This document shows, in pieces, positions 19,837-29,112 of a stretch of 64,000 nt of DNA. The translations under genes were made by a program, and so were the position numbers. How positions within the stretch are numbered: the stretch's first letter is position 1; the number at the start of each line of letters is the position of its first letter. The notes under the pieces are model-generated. The model ran no database searches. It was given only the letters and a program-made list of their open reading frames with translations, and was not told where the DNA came from. This DNA is from Candidatus Omnitrophota bacterium (GTDB lineage Bacteria; Omnitrophota; Omnitrophia; Omnitrophales; Aquincolibacteriaceae). The stretch is from NCBI GenBank assembly GCA_043803685.1, contig JAZDJU010000123.1, forward strand, positions 1-64,000, given 5' to 3'.

Positions 19837-21066
19837 TCAGCGACCGCTCTTATATTCCCTAAAATGCCGATACGGCGCAACCAGAAACCGGTAAAGTTGA
19901 ACGAGCCACGTCCAAGATATAAATTTCATCTTCAAGAAAAAAATAACGAACCTTAAACGCACGCCAAATCCAATATCTTTCTTGAAGAAAGGCAGCATTT
20001 CGACGTATTGTAAATTATTGTTATTCGCCTCGATCAACAGACGGACAAGATGTTCTTTTTTACGAAGACGATAATCATCAACATCAAACACTTCTCGATA
20101 TTTTTCCAAACACCCCAAAAGGTCTAGCGACAAAAGAGTTCGTGAACATTTTTCGCAACGCCCACAATTTTTTGAGGACTTATAACACACGTTCAAATAC
20201 CGATACGATGGCGCGTACTCAACAATTTCCCGGGTCTTTTCAAGCCTCGTGAGCGCTGCGCCTTCTGAATAGATCTTTAGGGTAGTTGTGGAGAACGTAT
20301 CAAGCAACAAAAGATCATAGTAAGATGTGTCCTTATTTTCATTCTCTTCGAGTGAGAATTCTAAAAATGTATGACACGACGCGTAAAAATACGTGCGCCA
20401 CAACTTCTGAAGCGCGTAAACGGCAAAGCACTGCGCGTAGGTGTTTCTGAAGAGATGCCTTTGGGGGAAAATATCCGCGAAGTTTGAATCTGATACGACC
20501 AAATTGTACCCAGCCTCCTGGCAAAAACGCTCTATTCTTTTCCTGTGCTCCAAGAAAAAATCCTTTGGATCAGGCACGGGGTGCGGTGCGAGATGAGGCA
20601 TGATGTGGTGAGAACCCATATTAGTAAATGCGAGATGGGTTAAATTCAGATTTTCATAAGGTGATCTTGTCTGGCGTACGACAACATGAAGACTGTCGAT
20701 GCCGCACGAAATACCCGCACCCACCGCGCCGGCATTTTGAATTTTTTCGGGATTCGCTTCTGCAATGATCTTCGACGCATACAAAACATGACTTCCCTTG
20801 ACGACAGAAGGGATCAAATAAGTTCTGATTTGATAGAGCAACTCTTCGCTTACAGGGGCTTCGCACGCGATATCATGTTTTTCGCGCATCGCCCAGCTAA
20901 GTAGCCCTATGAGAAATCCGTCTGAGCGTTCATAGCAAAGATAGGGACCGAACCTTTCTTCAACCTCGAACCAAACGGTCCGAACATTGTTCTCCACAAC
21001 AATATCCGCCAAAAGCCTCGCCCTACCGTTTTGAACGGTAACAACAGGACGCTTAATCGTTATCAT
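19837..21066 (-). CDS. hypothetical protein with PP-loop-like motif and C-terminal Cys cluster
   Basis: GISCGIDS resembles SGGxDS; VC..NCGRCEKC.RT; GGGAG RBS. Confidence 0.8.
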   Translation of the reverse strand: MITIKRPVVTVQNGRARLLADIVVENNVRTVWFEVEERFGPYLCYERSDGFLIGLLSWAMREKHDIACEAPVSEELLYQIRTYLIPSVVKGSHVLYASKIIAEANPEKIQNAGAVGAGISCGIDSLHVVVRQTRSPYENLNLTHLAFTNMGSHHIMPHLAPHPVPDPKDFFLEHRKRIERFCQEAGYNLVVSDSNFADIFPQRHLFRNTYAQCFAVYALQKLWRTYFYASCHTFLEFSLEENENKDTSYYDLLLLDTFSTTTLKIYSEGAALTRLEKTREIVEYAPSYRYLNVCYKSSKNCGRCEKCSRTLLSLDLLGCLEKYREVFDVDDYRLRKKEHLVRLLIEANNNNLQYVEMLPFFKKDIGFGVRLRFVIFFLKMKFISWTWLVQLYRFLVAPYRHFREYKSGR

Positions 21067-21092
21067 GTTTATGATCTCCCTGATCGCGCGCG

Positions 21093-21186
21093 CTACTCAT
21101 CATGCGCCCTAGCCGCCATCGCGCAGCCCAAAGTCATCCCTAGTATTTTCATCACTTTGATCCAGGACTTTTGCAGCACTGACCTC
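21093..21186 (-). pseudogene. decayed copy of the miaB 5' end
   Basis: 21117-21186 matches 19697-19766 at 53/70 nt. Translates VMKILGMTLGCAM versus miaB VKKILLKTFGCQM, then stops. Confidence 0.65.
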
Positions 21187-21392
21187 CTAGAAACATTGAG
21201 AAAAAGTCCGGACATCCGAATATCATAAATACAATTTTTTGTCTCATGGGAATTTTCTCAATCCCTGATTTAGGTTGGAAGGTATTATTTCATACACTAT
21301 GGTCAGCCAAACAATCTGAGGACAAAGTGACCGTTCTCACCCTCGCGACAACCGCTCTGCTTAACTTAAGGGGTGACCGAGACCATCGGGCA

Positions 21393-22382
21393 CTATGAAG
21401 GAGGCAGGTTCTTTTTCAGCTCTTCCAGAAAAACAGGGTCTACGATAGCGCCAAGCTCCTGGGCTTTCTGGACTTCAGCCCATGCCCGGTCATACTCTTT
21501 GCGAGCGGCACAAACCTTGGCACGTACTGCGTATGCATCCCCAAAAACCGGATCGATCTGAAAGGCGCGGTCGCAGTCAATCTCGGCCCGGGCGATATCA
21601 CCCTTTTTCAGATAACATGTAGCTCGTTGGATTAATGCCCATTTCAATGGCGACTTGGCCTGTGCCAACGCAATGACCTTCGAAAAATCGCTGATCGCGC
21701 TATCGTAGTCCCCCTTGGCATTATAAGCTGCTCCTCGTTCACTATAAGCACCAGACGAATGAGGATTGAACGCTATAGCCTTCTCGCAATCAACGATCGT
21801 CTCATCAGGCCGACCCAGTTTTCGCAAAACTCTTGCACGCAGAACCCAACCAGACGCACTAGAAGGCGCAAGCCTTACCGCCTCATTAGCATCCTTCAGG
21901 GCCTCCAAATACACCGCCTTTGGGTCTTCGTTTTTCGTGCCCCCCATCAACCGAGCCCTGCCTCTCCCATCATACGCATTTGTATTTTGGGGATCATATC
22001 GGATCGCGTCGTCAAAAAATTTGATAGCTCTGTCAGATTCACCCTTTAAGAGGGCTGTATTTCCTAACATGCAACATGCGTCCGTCGACGTGCACACATT
22101 GCTTGTTTGGCCATCCACACTCGCTTGCTCCGCTTGTTTTTGGGCCGGAATGGGGTTCGAGAGCTCCGCTTTAACAATTCTTACGATTTCGCCGGCAGGA
22201 TGCACCTTCAACACACCGTTAGTATACAAAACAACATAGTCTAGAGTTTTTTCAACAATTCGACCTTCCTCTTCCTGACCCGATTTCAAAAAGACCTTAT
22301 CGGCGGAGCATTCCAAGGGCCGCGCAAAAAAACACAGCAACACCACCGCCGCAATCTTCCCAAATCTCCTGTTGAAGATCAT
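21393..22382 (-). CDS. exported TPR protein
   Basis: Signal-peptide-like N-terminus after RBS AAGGAGG; ADKVFLKSG..EGRIV domain; several TPRs (AY..RG.A...KGDYD.AI.DF..VI). Confidence 0.85.
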   Translation of the reverse strand: MIFNRRFGKIAAVVLLCFFARPLECSADKVFLKSGQEEEGRIVEKTLDYVVLYTNGVLKVHPAGEIVRIVKAELSNPIPAQKQAEQASVDGQTSNVCTSTDACCMLGNTALLKGESDRAIKFFDDAIRYDPQNTNAYDGRGRARLMGGTKNEDPKAVYLEALKDANEAVRLAPSSASGWVLRARVLRKLGRPDETIVDCEKAIAFNPHSSGAYSERGAAYNAKGDYDSAISDFSKVIALAQAKSPLKWALIQRATCYLKKGDIARAEIDCDRAFQIDPVFGDAYAVRAKVCAARKEYDRAWAEVQKAQELGAIVDPVFLEELKKNLPPS

Positions 22383-22824
22383 TGGAACCTCCTTGATTTC
22401 TTCTGCCATGATTGACTCCCCTGCGCTATCAACCAGCATTCCGCCCTGTTTTCTTTGACAACAGCTCAAATTCTGCTTATCATCGATTCGTCCAAAAGAT
22501 CACGAACACCATACACTTAAAGGATCCAATATTTCATCGCATCATTATCAGAATGCTCAGCCTCATTGTCAATCTTTATACACGCAACCGATGAAATAGC
22601 ACCCAACAGGCTTTTTCAAATGCTTCCACCTCGACACAATACGAAATATCGATCTTGTTCCCGCATTGCTTGCGGTTTTTCGCTCCCGCCCCAATTAACG
22701 CGCTACATAAAGCGCGGAGTATCAACCGAAAAACAACCCCCGAAGCTCATCGCAAAAACATTCTTCAAGGTTTTAGCGTAATGGCTTTCTTCATAAAAAC
22801 TCACCTCACTTTAGCCGGGGTGGG

Positions 22825-23091
22825 ATGATGCGCTTTGTTTTAGGTATCGCTGCCTACCAGTTCGATCCCGCCGCCTCGCTCGTGTGCAACGGAGAACTTG
22901 TGGCCGTATGCGAAGAAGAAAAACAGCTTCAAGACAGGCGAGCGCAGGCGTTCCCTGCTCGCTCCATTCGCGCATGTCTTGCAATGCGCGGTCTTTCACC
23001 ACATGACATCGATGCGTTCGTCATCAATCACGATCCGCGCACGACCTTCAGCACATTCTATATCATGGATTCGTATGTGGCCTTTCAATAA
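22825..23091 (+). pseudogene. N-terminal stub of a NodU/CmcH-type carbamoyltransferase
   Basis: VLGI...DPAASLV.NG.LV.V.EEE.....FP..SI..CL......DID pattern, ending after 88 aa. Confidence 0.65.
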
Positions 23092-24553
23092 ACATTCAAG
23101 CACGTTCCTCTCCAACGCCACAGGCAACCTCCTTTCATCGATCCTTGCCAAAGCCCTGATCCTGGCGGCTCTTTTCGTATCAGCCAGGGTCCTCGGTCCC
23201 GCCCAATATGGCGTATGGGCCATGTGTTCGCTCATCATCTATTGGAGTGTTTTTATCAACCTTGGGACCCATGCGATCATGCTGCAGGAGATCGCCGCGC
23301 ATCCTGGAGACACAGACCGGCACTATGCTGAAGGAGTAAGAAACAAAACCCTCACGCTAACGCTCCTACTCATTGGAATCAGCATCGCGGCTTTGTACGC
23401 GATCTTGCTAACATCCGCTGGCGCACGCAGCCCCGGAGTGCGCTTGAACGTACACGGCGTTGCGGCCATTATCGTTCTCCTGCAACTCTTTCTCTATCTC
23501 CTCAGTTACTGGTCGGGGATGCACCTCTTTAGGGCTGTCAGCGCCTTACGCTCGCTCTACGCGGGGATCACATGCGCTTGCATTTTGGTCATGGTTTTTT
23601 CCTGGGGGATCCAGGCACTGATATGGGGAACCTTGTGCGGATACCTGTACGCCATCGTATCTGTTTTTCTGAGATACCCGTTCAAAGTACGACTGGAGAT
23701 CGATATCGCGTTCTTTAAATGGATACTCAAAGCAGGATTTCCTTTCCTGTGCATCGGGATCGCACGCGTATCCCTGCATACTATGGACCGCGCTTTCGTA
23801 TACACCCACATGGGCATGCGGGCCATGGGATGGTACAGCCTTGCCTACGCCGTTTCCGACCTATTATTGATCATCTCCTTCGCGGTCACGCAGGTCCTTT
23901 ACGCTAAAATGGTGACGGAATATCGCGCGAAAAAGAACGCGGAACAGGTCCAACAATTATTCTTTTCATCGATCGATCTTTGCTTCTCCGGGATGACCCT
24001 TTTATTCGTATGGGTCTGGTACTTTGCACCGATCCTGCTTCCCCGTCTCCTGCCACAGTATGTCGAAGGGTTGCTCCCCTCCATCCTGCTCAGCCAGGCG
24101 GCTATTTTTCTCTCTCTCACGGTGCTCTGCGGGAATTTTCTTCTCGCCATAGGCCATCCCCGCCGGTACCTTGCGGTTCTGATCCTGGGATGCCTGCTCA
24201 AAGTAGCGCTTGTGGAATCCGTGCTTCGCCACGGAGGCGGGCTGACCGAAGTTGCCATTGTCAATCTTGCGGTGTATGCGATCTTATTCCTGGCAGCATG
24301 GCACCTATGCGGCATGAACAAGGGAAGCGTTCAAGGCAGACTGAGGACCCATGTTCTCTTTCCTTTCGGATTGTGCCTCGCAACCGCAGGCCTTTACCTT
24401 CTCGACTATCTCCCCTGCTGTATCGCCGTAACGAAAATTTGCTGCATGATACTGTTTTCTTCGGTATTGTTGTGGCGGGTGCGCGCCGGATTGAAAAAAG
24501 TGAACCTGAAAGCGAATGAAAGTTACGCCTATGAAACGTGTACTGATACTTGA
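23075..24553 (+). CDS. oligosaccharide flippase (Wzx/MOP family)
   Basis: Multi-TM; ARVLGPAQYG, DRAFV..MG..AMGWYSLA. Start inferred at ATG 23075. Confidence 0.88.
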   Translation: MWPFNKHSSTFLSNATGNLLSSILAKALILAALFVSARVLGPAQYGVWAMCSLIIYWSVFINLGTHAIMLQEIAAHPGDTDRHYAEGVRNKTLTLTLLLIGISIAALYAILLTSAGARSPGVRLNVHGVAAIIVLLQLFLYLLSYWSGMHLFRAVSALRSLYAGITCACILVMVFSWGIQALIWGTLCGYLYAIVSVFLRYPFKVRLEIDIAFFKWILKAGFPFLCIGIARVSLHTMDRAFVYTHMGMRAMGWYSLAYAVSDLLLIISFAVTQVLYAKMVTEYRAKKNAEQVQQLFFSSIDLCFSGMTLLFVWVWYFAPILLPRLLPQYVEGLLPSILLSQAAIFLSLTVLCGNFLLAIGHPRRYLAVLILGCLLKVALVESVLRHGGGLTEVAIVNLAVYAILFLAAWHLCGMNKGSVQGRLRTHVLFPFGLCLATAGLYLLDYLPCCIAVTKICCMILFSSVLLWRVRAGLKKVNLKANESYAYETCTDT

Positions 24554-25691
24554 TGGAGAACACAGGATCGCCCTTGCGCTGGCAAAGGCGTTTCATCGAC
24601 GAGGATATGGCGTTGATCTGGCAAGCACCAAGCCTCTTCCTCGAGGTTTTTTCTCCCGGTATTGCCACCGGAAAATACGCTACCGCCCGGATGATCTTTC
24701 CTCGTTAATTCTCGCCATCCATGAGCAGCCTTATAGCCTCATCGTGCCGGTACTCGATGCCAGTTACTCCGTTGCTTACGAGCTGATCGACCGGGGGATC
24801 CAAGGCATGATGCCGTTACCGCCAAAAACTCTGTTCGATGCGATGCAGGATAAGGCTTCAGCTCTCTCCATGTTGCAGGCCTACGGTCAGGCCATCCCTG
24901 CCACATACCGGATCGAAGAATTTATGGCGCTGCGCAATAACCACGGGATCAAAAACGAGTCACAACGTTTTCTGATCAAGCCTAGGATATCGAGTTCCGC
25001 CAGAGGGATCGTCGTTTTCGAGGGAACCCTGGGGTTCGACGCGGCCTACGAGCAATACCAGAAACAGACTCAGGACCTCTCCGGGAAGTTTGACGGATGC
25101 GTTCTCCGGGATCCCATTGTGCAGGAATATGTGGATGGAGAAAATTTTTCGCTCAACATGATCTTTCGAAATGGAAAACTGTATTTCCGGCAGCTCGTTC
25201 ATCATATGCGCTATTATCCCAACACATTCGGCTCCCCCATTCGTAGCCGCACGTTCTCAGACAACTCCTCCCTGTTAGAAAGCCTTGCCCGTTTTTTTGA
25301 AACGATCGGGTGGCACGGAGTGGTCCATTGCGATCTTATCCGCACGCACCACGAGGGAGAATATCGAGTCAATGAAGTCAATCCGCGCTTCTGGGGAACG
25401 ATGAGCAATACCCTCCAAAGCGGCGCGGATATCGTCACCGCGTTGGAGGCCTTATCACAAGACACCGTATCGCCGCCCATGATCTCTCCAACGGATTATG
25501 GCTACGAGTACCGGCATCTGTTCTTCGGAGAGATCGCTTATCTGTATCGATCAAAACATAAATGCGCCGCCTTCAGGGAATTAGTCACACGGCCGGGTGA
25601 TAGAAAAATATTCTGGGGATTCGACCCCACGGACCCCGGCCCCTTAGCCGCGCAACTCATCAACCTGTTCACGCACAAAGAAGTGATCTAG
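24516..25691 (+). CDS. ATP-grasp domain protein
   Basis: FFSRYC, DK, IPATY, LIKPR.SS.ARG, VQEYVDG and NEVNPRFWG. Confidence 0.9.
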   Translation: MKVTPMKRVLILDGEHRIALALAKAFHRRGYGVDLASTKPLPRGFFSRYCHRKIRYRPDDLSSLILAIHEQPYSLIVPVLDASYSVAYELIDRGIQGMMPLPPKTLFDAMQDKASALSMLQAYGQAIPATYRIEEFMALRNNHGIKNESQRFLIKPRISSSARGIVVFEGTLGFDAAYEQYQKQTQDLSGKFDGCVLRDPIVQEYVDGENFSLNMIFRNGKLYFRQLVHHMRYYPNTFGSPIRSRTFSDNSSLLESLARFFETIGWHGVVHCDLIRTHHEGEYRVNEVNPRFWGTMSNTLQSGADIVTALEALSQDTVSPPMISPTDYGYEYRHLFFGEIAYLYRSKHKCAAFRELVTRPGDRKIFWGFDPTDPGPLAAQLINLFTHKEVI

Positions 25692-25710
25692 CTCATGAAG
25701 GGATGGTATT

Positions 25711-26964
25711 TTGATGCGAAATAATCGTTTGGCGAACATGGCTCGTTTCCTATGGAAAGAGGCCCTCCAGACCCTAACAAAACATTGGTCTGCGACTGCG
25801 GCACGTGCGTTCAGCAGGCAACGCCTTCAACTCAAACATGCGGTAGCAGCCTCTTACACGACCCCCTATTTCGACTACACGCGCATGAACGCGTTATTTT
25901 TCAAGGAATTCAGAGAAAAATTTGACGAGATCCTTTCATTGTCGAGCGATGAAGCTCTTGATCGTTATCTTTCCGGCGTGGATGAGGCCTTCCGCGCGTA
26001 TTGCAAAAGCGGCTTTGCCCTCGGCACTTCTTCCTGCACCGCGGCGCTCAGCTTCTCGCTCCGGGCACTCGGCGTAGGCCCCGGCGATGAAGTCGTCACG
26101 GTACCCAACTCTTACTGCGCGACGGCGCTGGCCATTCTTGACGTGGGAGCCAAACCCGTATTTGCGGATGTGACGGATGATTTCCTTATCGACTGCGGCG
26201 AGATCGAGCGCCATATCACCCCAAGAACAAAGGCGATCCTGCCGGTCCATCTGTACGGCCATCCCTGCGATATGGAACAGATCACTACGATCGCACACCG
26301 ACACCGTCTCAAGGTTGTTGAAGACGGCGCCCAGGCGCTCGGAGCATCCTTCCGAGGAAGGAAGATAGGCGCCTGGGGGGACACGGGATGTTTTAGTCTG
26401 CATTCTTCGAAGCTGGTAAGTGGCTACGGCAACGGAGGCATGCTGGTGACCCATGACCGGCGCGTATGGGACATGGCGAAAAATTTCCAGACCCCTTGCA
26501 CGAACAATGAAAGCGTGCTGGATTCTCACCGTACCCCCGACCAGCTCAATCCGTTCGTCGCCGCGTTCGCGAGGGTGAAACTGAATCATCTGGATGCATT
26601 GATCGCCCGCCGAGGACAGATCACCGCACTTTACAACAGAGAATTAGAAAGCATCGCGAACATCAAACTCCCGAGGATCGCAGCGGATGGTGTAAGCGCT
26701 TTCAGAAACTATACCGTGCGATGTGAACACCGGGACGCATTGCAACAGGCTTTGGCCAAGGAGGGCATCGAAGCAAAGATCTTCTATCAGATCCCGCTTC
26801 ACCTGATGAGCATTTTCCGAACGCTCGGTTACCGCAAGGGAGACTTCCCCGTTTGCGAACGCTTACAGGGATCGATCTTGTCGTTGCCGAATGCGCCTTA
26901 CCTTTCAGACGATGAAGTCATCCACATTGCGCGGCAGGTCAAGGCCTTCTACAACCATCACTAA
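25711..26964 (+). CDS. DegT/DnrJ/EryC1/StrS sugar aminotransferase
   Basis: GVGPGDEV, PVHLYG, EDGAQALG and FSLHSSKL (PLP Lys). Confidence 0.93.
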   Translation: MMRNNRLANMARFLWKEALQTLTKHWSATAARAFSRQRLQLKHAVAASYTTPYFDYTRMNALFFKEFREKFDEILSLSSDEALDRYLSGVDEAFRAYCKSGFALGTSSCTAALSFSLRALGVGPGDEVVTVPNSYCATALAILDVGAKPVFADVTDDFLIDCGEIERHITPRTKAILPVHLYGHPCDMEQITTIAHRHRLKVVEDGAQALGASFRGRKIGAWGDTGCFSLHSSKLVSGYGNGGMLVTHDRRVWDMAKNFQTPCTNNESVLDSHRTPDQLNPFVAAFARVKLNHLDALIARRGQITALYNRELESIANIKLPRIAADGVSAFRNYTVRCEHRDALQQALAKEGIEAKIFYQIPLHLMSIFRTLGYRKGDFPVCERLQGSILSLPNAPYLSDDEVIHIARQVKAFYNHH

Positions 26965-26987
26965 AAAAACCCGGATAATACCGACCG

Positions 26988-28052
26988 TTATAACGCCTGG
27001 GACGGAACCGTCTCACAGCCACACACCAGAGGGATCTTGCCCTGAGGCGTGGAGATAACATACCGGGGCATTCCGAGTCCCGTCATCGAAGACCCAATCG
27101 TTCTCATGATCGCCTTTCCCGAAGCCACAGACGCCTGAAAATGGACTCCCCCTTTGACCCCATGGCCCTGAAACAAATAGTAAGGCCGGATCCGTGCCTT
27201 TAAAAGATCGCGGATCAAGGATTTCATCACGGAGGCGCTATCATTCACCCCCTTCAATAGAACGCTCTGGTTATTCAGGGGAAATCCTCCCTCCAGAAGC
27301 AACACGATCGCCCGACGCACCTCGGGTGTCAATTCGGAGGGATGGTTGAAATGCGTATTGATCCAGACCGGATGGTACCGCTTCATCATACGTACTAGCG
27401 CCGGAGTGATCCTCTGGGGAAGAGTCGAAAGAACCCGGGTGCCGATGCGGATCATTTCCACATGCCGGATACGGCGTAACGCGCGCAAGATCTTTTCGAT
27501 GAACGCATCGTCTTCCATCAAGGGATCCCCTCCCGTCAAAAGGACGTCACGGATATTCTTGTGGCGGACGATATAGTCGATCGCGCGGGAAAATGTCGAT
27601 CGGTCGATGCGATGGTCACGGCGCGTCACGGAGTGCTTTCGAAAGCAAAACCTGCACATACTGGCGCACCGGCCGGTCAACAAAAAGGCAACCCGGTCCG
27701 GATAGATCCGGCATAAGGACTCGGCCGGCATATGTGCCCGCTCGTTCTTGGGATCACAAACGCCTTCCTGGTTTCGAATTTCCTCTAGAGACGGCAGGAA
27801 TTGCCTGCGAAACGCAGAGGCATGACCCTTTTCAGCGATGAGACGCGCGCAATAAGGCGTGATCTTCATCCGGTAAAACCGGGTTACCGCATCGATCGAC
27901 TTCTGTTGCGCTTTCGTCAGAGGGATCCACGCGGCAAGAGAGGCGCTGTCGCAGAGAGAGTGGGCCACCTGCCATCGCCAATCTTTCCATAGCCGCCGCG
28001 GGATCCTTTTCACGATCTCACATCTCCTTTTTTCAAAAACTTTCGCCTTCAA
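26988..28052 (-). CDS. KamA-family radical SAM aminomutase
   Basis: DWRWQ, YPDRV, CASMCRFCFRK, LTGGDPL, HFNHPSE, NQSVLLKGVND, PYYL and GKIPL. Confidence 0.93.
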   Translation of the reverse strand: MKAKVFEKRRCEIVKRIPRRLWKDWRWQVAHSLCDSASLAAWIPLTKAQQKSIDAVTRFYRMKITPYCARLIAEKGHASAFRRQFLPSLEEIRNQEGVCDPKNERAHMPAESLCRIYPDRVAFLLTGRCASMCRFCFRKHSVTRRDHRIDRSTFSRAIDYIVRHKNIRDVLLTGGDPLMEDDAFIEKILRALRRIRHVEMIRIGTRVLSTLPQRITPALVRMMKRYHPVWINTHFNHPSELTPEVRRAIVLLLEGGFPLNNQSVLLKGVNDSASVMKSLIRDLLKARIRPYYLFQGHGVKGGVHFQASVASGKAIMRTIGSSMTGLGMPRYVISTPQGKIPLVCGCETVPSQAL

Positions 28053-28071
28053 GATTTTATTCGAAATTCTA

Positions 28072-29112
28072 TTATAAAAAATAGTTCCAGAAAGAAAAAC
28101 AGCCGCGCCTCGGCATAGGGCACTCCCCGCTTTCCTTCACACGCTCAGCCAGAACTTTCTCGAGTTTCTTCCCCCCAAGTTCATCCACGCGGCACCGACA
28201 AGGTACGTACCGGCAACTGGCGATAAAACCTTCCGGTGAGATCATCGCAAAGTTGCCCGGTGCGGGACAGCAAAAAGACGGGGGCTGCTGAGAACGCGTA
28301 GCACGGACCATTCGATGAATATACAGCTTATCGAAAAAAGAAATATATCTGCTCCGGCCGTGTTTTCCGATGAAATCGGTCAACCCTTTCGCCAGACTCT
28401 CTTTCTGTGACGACGTATAATCCAAGAGAAATGAAGGGCTCGTAAATTTATAAGCAAGAGAAGAAGGGACGGGATTCGTATATGAAACCGCATGCTCCAG
28501 GAATTTGATATGAAACCGGCACCCATGGGCCACCGCAAACGCAAAAGCATTCTCCAACTCCTCGGCGTCAAAATACCCAATGACCGTTTTTAGGGCCCGC
28601 GGCACCGATGGAAATTCTCCGGCAAGCATTTCCAGGGTGCGTTCGATCCCTTCCCGATGCTCCGACGAGGCGCCACTTGCCAAAGCGCCATTAAGGCTTA
28701 CGCTGATCGAAATTTGTTTACATGGACCCCACAGGCGCAGCAAGTCGCGAATCTTTTCTGTCTGCGTGCCATTGGTAGTGATGATCAGCTTGCTTGTGGG
28801 ATAGCGTGCATGCAAGAACTCAAGAATACTGTGAAGCTCCGGCGCTAAAAATGGCTCTCCCCCTGTTATCTGCACGCTTGTCGGCGCCTGAAGGACCTCA
28901 TCACACACGCGGCTCACTGTTTCCTTCGAAAGCCATGTCTCCTGGGACATGCGCCAAAGATCGCAATACGAACAGGAAAGATTACACTTATAACCCACCA
29001 TAAAGCAAAGATGCCTTATGCGAGGGAAGCGTTTTATAAACATTCGCCGCCCCCCCATGGCACTATCGACCGCAAAAGAGGAAAGATCCAAAAAACGATC
29101 AGCCCGCGACAT
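28072..29112 (-). CDS. radical SAM protein with C-terminal Cys (SPASM/twitch-like) region
   Basis: CNLSCSYC, TGGEP, TTNG and CPAP...ISPEG.IASC. Confidence 0.88.
   Translation of the reverse strand: MSRADRFLDLSSFAVDSAMGGRRMFIKRFPRIRHLCFMVGYKCNLSCSYCDLWRMSQETWLSKETVSRVCDEVLQAPTSVQITGGEPFLAPELHSILEFLHARYPTSKLIITTNGTQTEKIRDLLRLWGPCKQISISVSLNGALASGASSEHREGIERTLEMLAGEFPSVPRALKTVIGYFDAEELENAFAFAVAHGCRFHIKFLEHAVSYTNPVPSSLAYKFTSPSFLLDYTSSQKESLAKGLTDFIGKHGRSRYISFFDKLYIHRMVRATRSQQPPSFCCPAPGNFAMISPEGFIASCRYVPCRCRVDELGGKKLEKVLAERVKESGECPMPRRGCFSFWNYFL

Noticed and set aside
22898..23074. N-terminal extension of the flippase in the ORF track
   Set aside because: It overlaps the carbamoyltransferase stub in another frame; flippase-like sequence begins near ATG 23075.
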